From: Anolis carolinensis
Lineage: Eukaryota
Reading direction: 5' to 3'
DNA length: 64,000 bases
Assembly (NCBI RefSeq): GCF_035594765.1
Contig: NC_085842.1
Coordinates: forward strand, 49,948,782-50,012,781
How positions within the stretch are numbered: the stretch's first letter is position 1; each line of letters starts with the position of its first letter. Below are positions 1-10,480 of this stretch, piece by piece. The position numbers and the translations under genes are program-made. The notes below the pieces were generated by a model that searched no databases, was not told where the DNA came from, and saw only the letters and a program-made list of their open reading frames with translations.

Positions 1-124
1 CCATGGTAGTTAAAGTTGTGGCCAACTACATTCATTATTCAGTGTAGATACACCCATAGGGAACATTTTAATGGTTCTGCTCATGCCCAGATTTGGAGGT
101 GAGGAAGATTTTATTTTTAAATTA

Positions 125-409
125 CCATATATACTCAAGTATAAGCCGACCCAAATATAAGCTGAGGCGCCTAATTTTACCACAGTAAACTGGGGTAACT
201 TATTGACTCGAGTATAAGCCGAGGGTGGGAAATGCAACAGCTATGGGTAAATTTCAAAATAAAAATAGATACCAATAAAATTTCATTAATCGAGGCATCA
301 GTAGGTTAAATGTTTTTGAATATTTACCATATTTCAAAGAAAAACAATAAACTAGCTTTATAAGTGGAAAAGTAGGGGCAACAAAAACAATATGGTATCA
401 ACAATAACC

Positions 410-463
<54 letters not shown>

Positions 464-1159
464 CAACAACAACTTCATTTGGATACCACCCTATCTCACC
501 ATGGGGACTCAGGCTGGCTTCCAACATAGTAACAGGCAAACATTCAATGCTTATATAAACAATGCAGAGCTAGATATAGGTAGGTAAGAATATATTCATA
601 TTTATCCAGACATCTCTCTTTATATAGATATTTGCAGAGACTTGCAAACATATAAGGGTAAATTCATATATAAAAAAAATGTATATGTATGGCTATAGAT
701 ACACAGGTACATGGATCTATATGTATGAAGGATTCGCAAAGACCTGCAAACATATGAGGGGAAATTCATATATAAAATTAATGTAGATAGATACACATAT
801 AAAGGTACATAGAGATGGCAAAAGCTTGCAACGGGTTATTGCCTATATATCTGTAGGAGAGTTTACAAATATTTCAGGGGAAAATGCTTTCATAAGATTA
901 ATGAATATATATGTTTCCTCTTCCTGGCTTGCAAGGGTGTCTTTCTCTTTTCAAAACATTCCCTTGATTAAGAGTGAGGGAGGCTTTGCAAAAGAAAACA
1001 CACTGATAAGGGAGAAGAGAGAAATAGATCACATATTGCAAGCAATAGCCTGCAGACTCTGTTGCTGGCCTTGACCTTGACCTGATTATAAACTGGGGGA
1101 GGCTTTTTCAGCTCATAAATAAGGGCTGAAAAACTCAGCTTATCTTGGAGTATATACAG
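125..1159. mobile_element. Non-autonomous Tc1/mariner-superfamily (Tc2/pogo-like) DNA transposon
   Basis: Degenerate TIRs CCATATATACTCAAGTATAAGCCG (from 125) and CAGCTTATCTTGGAGTATATACAG (ending 1159), flanked by TA at 123-124 and 1160-1161; no transposase ORF. Confidence 0.75.
410..560 (-). repeat. (AAT)n microsatellite plus L2-type LINE/SINE 3' tail
   Basis: (AAT)n/(AAC)n followed by ...ATACCACCCTATCTCACCATGGGGACTCAGG..., similar to the tails at 28190, 29040, 56940 and 63890. Confidence 0.6.
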
Positions 1160-2425
1160 TACATGTAACTTCTGATCCACTTTATAATTCAGAAAAAAAG
1201 TTAAGTGTTAGCATCCTCTTTGAACGTAACACAGCCCCAAGCAAGAGATATGGTGAAAATCCCACCATCCTATTTTGCAAAACAAACAAACAATAATGGG
1301 GTTGAATGCAGGGAATGCCTCTTTATGGGACAGTGTGGGGCATACTTATCTTGAAATATAGAAACATGGCCTTAGATTGAAAGCATTGAAGCAAATGTTT
1401 CCCTCTTCTGGCTTCACTTTAATGTTCAAACTTCACATACAGAAACTTCAGAAGCTATTTATCATCTGCTCCTGGTGTTTTGTTCCAGTTAGGCTGGCAA
1501 GGAGAGAATATCACCTCTTTGATCTTCATGAGAAAATTTATTATATGACATAAATTAAGTAGTTCATGTTGGGGAAAACTAAAGATGAGAGACTGAACCA
1601 ACATATCCTGTATAATAGTACTCATCATTTGTGTGAATACAGACGTAACAATGCTCACAACATAACAAATATAGAAAATGATGGGCAGAGCTAGAATGCA
1701 AAATATAAGCAAGACTTTAAACCAGAATTTTCATTTAGTCATTCCATGTATTACATTTTAGTAAACAGGGTTATTATGTAATTGAGCCTTGCTGTGGCAC
1801 CAATATGGTTATTTAATCAACAATGATATGTATAATGAAATAAAGAGAAAAATTCTAGTAAAGTTGTTGGCTTGTATCTATTTCTGTCTTTGAATAGTAT
1901 AGATTCTGAACAGTCCACTGGAACATTTTGAAAGCCAGATTTCATCAAATTTAGGCTTCACTGTCTTGTGAAAGGCATTGCAGGAGGTTTCAGGAGGTAT
2001 AAAGGTTGAAAAGGTAGTGATTTAAGAAATAAATTCTAATTATTATGATAGGTTGAGTGAATAAGAAAAAAGTTATATGAAGAATGGAATGAAAAGACTC
2101 TTGATTTAAAAGTTACCTTAAATGTTATGACTAAAAAATAGTTTGCTACATGGAATAGAAGATCATTTTAACCTGGAACAGTTTGTAGACTTTCATGATA
2201 TTTCTTGTTGTAAAAAAAGAAAGGCTATAATAGAGAACTAGAGTTTGGTGTTAGCTAAAGCTAAAGTGTCCCATAGGGTTCAAAGAATCATAGAGATTCT
2301 CATGGGCAGGACCTTCAGAGAAAGTGTCCCAAATGCCCATCCTCTTTTTGAAGATATCTAGAGAAGAAGAAACCATCATTTTGCTCACTTTCAGGTAGTC
2401 CCTTCTAATAGTCAAAAACTAAATG

Positions 2426-2904
2426 CAGGACTGTCTTAAGATCATTACAGCCCCCCAGGCAAACCAGTGCACTGGACCCCGCTTACACAACCACTCACAG
2501 GAAATAAAAATGTAAATTATCAATAAAATATCTTTATATTTATTGTTATTTTCACAGAAATCAGTGTTATGACATTTTAAAAACACTTTACAGCTAAGGT
2601 TAATCAATACAAACATTTGCACAATATAACATGAGCCCTAAGCAATTGTCTTCAGCCGTTAATGCCTCCTACAAATCTGTTACAAGATTCTGCTTTCATA
2701 ACCTTGTAAGCAAGAAAGTTGGTAAAATTTCTCTTGCAAATAAGTGAATTTTTTGTCTTTTGGTTGAGTCACCCGTAAATGTTAATGTTGAGGTTGGTGA
2801 AAATTAGTGTTCAGTTCTGGTCTGTGCATAGATTAGCACCAGGTCCCTATGTTTTTGGGAGGCCCAGGAAATTGCCCAGCATGCCCATGCCTTAAGATGG
2901 CTCT
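2426..2904. mobile_element. Degenerate non-autonomous DNA transposon (hAT-like)
   Basis: Imperfect terminal inverted repeats CAGGACTGTCTTAAG ... CTTAAGATGGCTCT; TSD not clear. Confidence 0.4.
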
Positions 2905-3450
2905 AAGTACAGTACATAAGATTAGGCCTGATCAGCGCAGAACATAAGGAGACTATAGCTTCCCTCAACTTGGAAACTATGCTTCTATTAATGAAGATCA
3001 AAATATCATTTGCCTTCCAACCCCCGAAATAAAGAGACAACACAAGTAACTTGGGTTAAAATAAGGGCAACTTTATTGTTACCTACTTAACTTTGGCAAA
3101 CTAAGTATCCCCAATCTGGTGTTGAATCTGATAGAGAAAAACCAATCTAAGGTAGCGTCCTTATCCGGTCTACCCTAGAGCTGAAAAGTGTGAAAAAACC
3201 TGGTTCTCGGTTAACCTTCACCCGAGCAACCTTTAAGGGGAATGTGTCCGAGAAGCCTCCCTCAAAGTAATTGAGGCCAAATTCCCGACCTTCCCAGGGC
3301 CTTGAATTTCCCCTCACCTGTTTAAAGATGTAATAACAGGTGAGTGTTTTTTCTTATATCCGTCCCCCCAAAGGGCTGGTGCCCTAGGTGTACCCTAAAT
3401 CCAAAATTCCCCACTCCATTTTCCGCTACTACTTGGGGGCAGAAATCTAT

Positions 3451-4053
3451 CTAGTCCCCAACCCCTGCCAAATTCTCCAACACCTCTCTAATTCCTACCT
3501 GTAAGTTGAAAAGGAATTGAAAGTTGCCCTCCACCCATAGATGAATGCCATCTGATCGGTAAAAGTGCAGCTTATCGTGAGTGATGGCCTCATGCAAAAT
3601 TGCAGACCCTCCGCCGCGGGTCAGAGTGGAACGAATTGCTCTGTTCACGCTTTTCCGCACTCTCTCAAGTTTCCGCACATCTCCCTCTCCTGGCCAATTG
3701 AGACGTGGGATTATTGCTGACCAAATAATGTGGGTATGGGGCCAAGCGTCCCCTATCCACTTAAAATCCTCACGAGCCTGAAAAAACAAGGCCCAACCCT
3801 GGAGCAGGCCTAGGTCATTCCCACCAAGGTGAATGACCAAAACATCGGGAGGTAACCGATTTGGCACTCCCGGGGCCAAATAATAAGGGAATTAAAACAT
3901 CCCACCGCAAGCCTCTTCTACCCCTCTATTCGATCGTGGCGGTGGAGGCGAGGCCCAGGTGCTGACCATAGGCAGTATGGAGTCCCTGACGTTCCGCCCA
4001 GTGGACATAGCTGTGGCCGCAGATCAGGACCCTCAGTCTATGTGCCAGCAAAA
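3451..4053 (-). pseudogene. SGNH/GDSL hydrolase (esterase) ORF of the Ngaro element
   Basis: Block I VLICGHSYVHWA (~4030-3995), block III VIHLGGNDL, block V DGIHL; one in-frame TAG (3926-3928) and a 1-nt frameshift near 3880; no ATG of its own. Confidence 0.85.
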
Positions 4054-4163
4054 CTGCAATAGGGAAAAAACAACATGTGAACTACCATGCAGAGGAACCG
4101 GTGTACCCCTTGTACGCACAGCAGCTTCCCCCTCCTGTGGACTAAATTTACTACAAAGTATTA

Positions 4164-5048
4164 CTACACTGAGGAGGAGCAAACATACCCTTTGTACGCA
4201 CTAGAGCTCCACCTCCCCAACCATTTAATTCTTTCCACCTCGTACCCCAGTTGGGCTGCCGTGGACGCGGCCCCGATGTGAAAGGAATGAGTCCCATACT
4301 TCAGATGACCCAAGCCCAAAACTTTGAGTGCCTTGGAAGTAATTGACCAAAATTTATATTTCGTCAACGGGGAGCCATCCCTATGGCAAAAAAGGAACCC
4401 GGGGGCTGAGCCCCTGACTGCTAACAAAGATGACACAGCCTCAACCGGGCAAAGATCTTTATTGCTGCAATTAGCCAATTTAATGAGCGCTCCCCTTTGA
4501 TCTGTTTTAGACAACCTGATCCTGAATTCTACATTCCCCGTGGTCAGTGCCACATCGGAAAACAGGAGCGCTCACTGCGTGGCGTCGGTTTTGGACATGG
4601 CTACCAACACACTTACCCGGAGCGCCCTGAAGAATACTACTAAGGCCACTGCATGGAAGAAAACCTGCTCGTAAAGGGAATTACAAATTTTTGGCCAGAT
4701 TTGTTTCAATCCCTTTAAAATGGCCGGTGTCATGGGTTCCCTGCCATCGCGGGGTTGTTCCCATTCCCTTGACTATCCTGCCATTACCTTGTGCAGGTGA
4801 AAGTCATTAGCTACATCATTAAAACCTTGAGCTTTGAGCCAATATGATAATATAACCAATTTAGACCTAATGGAATGTAGAGCAAGTCCCCTTCTCCTGC
4901 AATAGACACAATATTGTGCTATATGCTCGTAAGGTACTGGGAAATTGTGAGACAAATTATAGCATTGCCTGAATTGGTTAAAGTCTTTGACCGCTCTGAG
5001 GTAACTGTTCCTGGAGCTGGGTGCTAGTGCCATGGCCATTCCCTTCAC
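4164..5048 (-). pseudogene. Ngaro tyrosine recombinase
   Basis: SAM-like N-terminus (ALAPSSRNSYLRAV), FFRALRVS, RLSKTDQ, LCPV, THSFHIGAASTAA...GRWSSSAYKGY; the catalytic HxxR Arg appears as His. Confidence 0.9.
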
Positions 5049-5055
5049 TAACGCC

Positions 5056-7400
5056 TCATTCCAACCAGCCAGAGATGGTCTGGCATAGGTGCAGTGGGTC
5101 TAGCTGCCTGAAGCGCTCCATCTGCATACGAGACAGAGCGTCAACAACGGAATTATCTATCCCCACGACATGAAAAGCCCAAAATAGAATGTTGTGTGTC
5201 AGGCAGTGGAGTGTAAAATGGCTCAAAGCATCCATTACCCTAGGTGATTTGGATATCAATGTATTAATGACCTGAACTGTAGCCATGTTGTCACACCAAA
5301 AGTGCATCATCGCGTTAGCAAAACTTTTAACCCATATGGTCATGGCTACTAAGATAGGGAAAAATTCCAGGAAGGTCAAGTCCGACGTGATGCGTTCCAC
5401 GTGTCATTGCTGCAGCCAAACCTCCGCACACCAATGGCCTTGGAAAATCACACTGAATCCCAGTGACCCTGCTGCATCCGAGGCAACTTGGAGGGCATCA
5501 CCCAGCACCAGGTTGTGTCTCCAAAAGGATACGCCGTTAAACCTGGACAAAAATTGGAGCCAGACCTCCAGGTCCGCCTTGATAGCGCATGTGACTCTAA
5601 TATGGTGGTGAGGTAGTGGTATGCCTGCTATTGCATTGTTATAACCTTCTTAGAAAGGCCCGCCCAGGTGCAACCAATTTACATGCGAAATTCAAGTGAC
5701 CGATAAGCTCCTGAAATTCACGTAGGGTGGCTTTCTTATGTGTAATAAATTGCTGAACTCTAAATGTCAAATCTGCTACTTTCTTGATGGGCAGCCTGGA
5801 ATATTGTGACACCTCAGGGCAGCGGGAGCACTGGGAATCAGACACGAAGGCCAATAAACAATCTAATATCTTTATTAAGGAAATAAAGGAGACAACTAAA
5901 AATAAGCAGAGTATTTAGTCCAGCAGTAGACCTTTCAGGAAGGGTCAAATATAGTCCAGTAATATGAAAGTAGATGTCCAGTATTAGAGTTCAAAGTTTT
6001 AAATCCAATAACCCAAACACACTCAAATCTTTAGGCTGTTTGAGTGGGGATTAAGGCAGGAGCTGTCGAGTTCCAGGGCTCGAATCCGAGGCTAGGATGC
6101 AAGGCAAGGCAAAGTTAGTCGTGGTAAAGCTGAATCACTGTCCAGGCTTGGCAGGGAGACGAAGACGCAACGCCGGTCTACTCTAGAGTAGCGCGCTGCA
6201 GAACTAGTGTCGATGTGAAATCCTCAACTGACACGTTGAACACCACAAAATCTATTTGGTGCCCAGAACTTTTATGGGACTTTGCTCTCCTCCTCAGCCA
6301 GGTGTCTGAGCTCTTTCCCAAGGGAAAATGACCAAAGTCAACAACTTTGCCAGATGCAGTCCTCCCTGAAAACTCTCAAGGGAATCAGCTTAATTAACGC
6401 TTGCTTTCTCCGCTAAATGAGCTCTTTCTTATGAACTGTGGGCTAGAACTGTCCACAGTGGGCACCTGGAAAGGGATGGAATCAAGTGGAAATGGCAGAA
6501 ACCCCATCTCTTCTTCGGTCTGCTCCGTAATAACGACGGGGTCATGACTCGGGGGTCTCTGAGACACTACAAAAATTGACAAATAGTGTCAATTTTGACA
6601 CCCAAGTATGTCAACTTAGTGATTCAGCCAAAGAAACCTCTAGTTGACGGGTGAGCTGACTGAATGCATTCAGCAAAGAAGCGCATTCTCCGCTACCCTG
6701 CCTTCCAGTGAATAGAACGTCATCCAAATAATGTACCACCCCCACTAAGCCTGATTTCACCTTCAAGGCTCACTCCAGGAACGTACTAAACTTTTCGAAT
6801 GCAATGCATCACACAGAGCAACCCATGGGCTCTGTCCATATAAAAGAGACCATCAAATTGAAAACCCAGTAGTTCAAAATCGAGTGGGTGGACTGGGAGG
6901 AGACAAAATGCTGACTTAATGTCACATTTCACCAACTCTGCCGCGTGCCCTCGACTCCTAATAAGCCTAATAGCCACATTGAAAGATGTATAATGCACTC
7001 TGCATTGGTCATTGGGCATCATTGACTGACCTGTCTTTCAGGTATGACAGGTGATGCATAAGGCAAAACTCACCAGGTGCTTTCTTTGGCACTATTCCCA
7101 ATGGGGAAACCATAAGCCATGTGGAAGGGGGCTCTGGGAATGGGCCAAGAACTCGGCTCTCCCTGACCTCTTTTTCTATTTTTTTGTGCTACAATTGCCT
7201 CCATGCCAATCAGGGACTTTAAATTTGGGGACAATACGTGTGATCTCAGACCAACTGCCGGAATCCAAAAACCAAACTTAAAATCCTTAAACAAGTAGCA
7301 GGCAGCCTCCTTATCGGGGTACCTTTTTAACCATTCGCCTAACTGTGACAATTTAATTAGGCTGGGGACCTTTGGGAACATGGGATGTGGCTGTTCCCTT
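5056..7400 (-). pseudogene. Ngaro reverse transcriptase-RNase H (frameshifted, split by a solo LTR)
   Basis: KCDIKSAFCLLPVHP, VVHYLDD (~6720-6740), LGVKIDT, LIGHLNFACKLVAPGRAFLRRL, SDAAGSLGF, LEFFPI, FWCDNMATV, HVVGIDNSVVDALSR. Confidence 0.9.
5805..6571 (-). mobile_element. Solo LTR (probably Gypsy) inserted in the Ngaro RT
   Basis: TG...CA ends; 5-bp TSD AATAT/AAAAT; removing it restores the RT reading ...IDTICQYSRLP...; shares blocks with the LTR at 42523-43391. Confidence 0.85.
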
Positions 7401-7450
7401 CCTGAAGGGTTGATTGTCCCTTTGGTTGGCCTTGACAAACTTCGCTCTGG

Positions 7451-8769
7451 TCAATTTTTTGCTGAATGGGCCCCGGAACAGATGCTGCAGGCATGGAGGA
7501 TTTGACAACTCCGCTGGGAGCAAGCCCCTTGGGCTGCATACTCCCAGCACATAGATTCTGCTTCTGGGCAAGCTGCTGCGGGGCCACCTGCTGTAAGGGC
7601 AGTGGCCTCTTGGTATTATGTATTATGTGGCCACTGTCCGCCTTCTCCCCCTGAATAGAGTGGGCATGGGTCATCAAGTGAATCCATAATGGCTTGTTAA
7701 CCAGGTCCCATCTACATGATGGGCAACGGGCCACCACGAAACAGAAACACTTGTCGTATTCTAGCCAAGCGTCCCCACCAAACTTGGAGTAAGCCAAGTA
7801 AATGGTGTTCTGATACTGAAACAAAGAATTACCCCAATGAGGGTAAGCATTGGTGATGACTCCCGCATAAATAAGAAAGCAGGCGAGCCAGTTCTCCCAA
7901 TTTTGTTCAACCTTCCTTTTCTTGATTGGTTCCTTATGCTCGTCATTTAATTCATCTTTTTCCTTCTTCTCCAGCTCCCTGAAGAACAAGGAAAAAAAAT
8001 CTATATATTCATTCTTTAAAATTCTTTCAATGGTTTTTGGTGCAAGTTGGGCGCCCAGCACTGTCGCCTCGCTGGATGGGGTTGGTGGCAACGGCCATTT
8101 GACTGTGCCCCAATATTCATTGGCTTAATCAAACAGCGCCTTATCGGCGGCATTGGGACTTGGCAAAACTGTTTGCTGTTTGGCCGTGTTGGCTGCATTA
8201 CCTAGTGAGCCTGTGGTTGTGTGTGCACTTGAGTTGCCTCCCATCTGATGTACCTGACTCAGGTCCCAAGGCCACGAAATAGGCGTGTTCATACCTGCTG
8301 AAGTGGTAGGGCTAGCCCCTGCTTGCCCTTGTGTCGCAGGCAGCTCAGCAACCTGGGAAGCCGGTGTCACTGGTAATGGAGCTTGGCTGGATGGTGCCTG
8401 TTGTGCCCCATCTAGAATCCCCTCAGGTGAGCTTGCAGTCCCACCAAGGTCTCCTGCCACCTGAACAGGCTGGACAGCCATATCCGTAGGCTGTCCACTC
8501 AGAGCAGCATCTACAGCAGAGACACGAGAAAGAATGGCATTGAGAATATCCCTCTTACTTACCTGTGGTGTCGGTTGGGTGCAAACTGTGGGCGCAGCTG
8601 CCCCCAACTGCTTTTCTAATGTGCTGATTTTTGCTAACAGCGCATAGTAATCCTGGATACTGAGACCGTCATCATCCAATGAGGAACTGCTTGGAGGTGG
8701 AGGGCGTTTCACTGTCGTCTTCTTTGCTGGGCCCTTGCCCTTTGGACCACCGACCTTCTTAGGGGTCAT
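7451..8769 (-). pseudogene. Ngaro ORF1/Gag-like protein (frameshifted) with C-terminal CCCH + CCHC zinc fingers
   Basis: ORFs 8125-8796 (ATG at 8769, MTPKK...) and 7357-8091 (W..Y...F motif WLEYDKCF); an alternative frame at 7549-7451 reads CWEYAAQGACSQRSCQILHACSICSGAHSAKN*. Confidence 0.8.
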
Positions 8770-10122
8770 TCTGCAAGAAAAAATGGCATGGCCCAATCAA
8801 TTAGCACCCAGAAGTATCTTGCTTCTGGAGATGACATGGGGCTAAATTGATTGGTAGTCCACACCACAACCGCTGATGGGCTTTGCAAGCCACCCCCCAA
8901 TGAGCCATCCTGCAACTGAATGGCTACCTCGATGGCCGCCCCAGCTTAACTTTGCAGATTGGCTCCCATTCCTAACCCAAAATGGCCACCTCCCATAGAC
9001 AACAACTGCCCTTGAGCACCGCCAAGATGGCCACCATCCAAGCCCATAAAATGGCTGCCATGAGGAAAGCAATAGGGCTGCCGGGCCATTCCCCTCTGTG
9101 GCATTGGGCCATGTGGCTAAGATGGCTGCCTTGCGGGGGAAAAGATGGCTGCCAGCCCCCAACCCTCAGCATAGCCAGAGGCCATGCAGCCAAGATGGCT
9201 GCCCTGGAGAAGACAAGATGGCTGTTGACCCCGTTCCCCACACGTGTAGGCAGGTCATGTGGCCAAGATGGCCACCGCTAAAGGCCAAAGGCCTGTAAAG
9301 CACACCAACTGCCAACAGCCATCCCGCTACCCCCTACAGCCCTCCTCATACATCGTTACAGCATGAAACCACGTCAGGAAGGAAAATGGGGTGAAGCGCC
9401 ACTGATGCTCCACCCCGGCAACGCTCATGCCTGCTGCGGCCTGGGCCGCAATAAAAATCTTGAAATTCGCCGGTGATCTGAGCCCATGGAGCATCCAGGC
9501 GCAAAATAAACGGTGCAGGCCCCAAAGAGGCCGCACCGTGACACCTCCCCACACGACCGGGCTGAGCCCCCAGGCATGGTGGGAATCACCGAGAAGGCCT
9601 CCTCACCCACCTGCCTCCTCCGCTGCTGCGCAGGGCAAGCCCCAAGAAGCAGCAGGGAGGCAGACAGACAACGCCGGCCCAAGTAGGGCCATACCACGAC
9701 ACCACCCTCCCGCGACTGCACTGATGGCCCAGGTAATGCGGGGACGAAAAAAGGAAAACCGCTTGGCCCTCCCACCTCCCCAGCCACCGCCCAGGTAAAG
9801 GCCCCCAAAAGGGGACCAAACTACTTTCTACTGTTCTTGCAATCCCTCTTCTTCCTGCGGCGCTGGGGCTAGCCGTCGCGGGGATCCAAAGGGAGGTGTA
9901 GGCCGTAGCCCAGCCTCCCTACCAGCCCCGGTAACAGACCTTACGATGTCTTCATTCCCTGAAGATCTGAAGAGGAATAAAGGCAAGAGGGCTGGCTTCT
10001 CAACAACTTAGCCATGCCCCCTTGCTCTGGCTCGAACGTGAGCCATAGGTCTCTTGTTCAGGGGAGGAGGCAAATTGCTCTCCTCCCCCAGCTTTGCTGG
10101 GGGAGGAAAGCCCCTTGCCTTC

Positions 10123-10480
10123 ATATTCAATTTAAATTTGATGAAATCCAACAATAATCCCTTACATGTGTAGTGAAGAAACCCCATCCTATGAATTTAA
10201 TTTTATTAATTCTTGCCCAGTTTTCTAATTTTGAATTCTGTTTCAATGTGTTTGCTATCACTCACAGTTTTGTATCATCTCCAAGTTTGACAAGAATCTT
10301 TCCAACCCATCAACAAAATTATTGGTAAAATGGTGAAAGACTGGATGCTGAGACAGTGCATTTGAGACTTCCTTCCAGTTTGTAGCACTGCCATTGATGG
10401 TGACTAATGAGCATGGTTTCTAATCCATTATGGTTCATCTGATAGTATTTTTATGTCATATTTAATGAGTTTGTAAATCA
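10123..10480 (-). mobile_element. Old CR1 LINE fragment (its other part is at ~2935-3017)
   Basis: Similarity to the CR1 copies at 21090-21820 and 46325-47660. Confidence 0.55.

Larger units (their letters stand above)
3018..10114 (-). mobile_element. Ngaro-type (DIRS order) tyrosine-recombinase retrotransposon, decayed
   Basis: Minus-strand order Gag(ZnF)-RT-RNaseH-YR-SGNH; AATAAA near the 3' end (3073-3078); TTGCCTTC at both junctions (3010-3017, 10115-10122); flanks look like two halves of an old CR1. Confidence 0.9.

Noticed and set aside
324-539. ORFs with poly-Ile/poly-Leu tracts (also 24767-25171 and 30078-30293)
   Set aside because: They are translations of (AAT)n microsatellites
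8979-9276. CRISPR-like repeat/spacer appearance
   Set aside because: Eukaryotic TE context, short degenerate repeats, related spacers and no cas genes
8842-9819. Many overlapping GC-rich ORFs upstream of Ngaro gag
   Set aside because: No recognisable domains; explained by high GC and the tandem motif array in a probable untranslated leader
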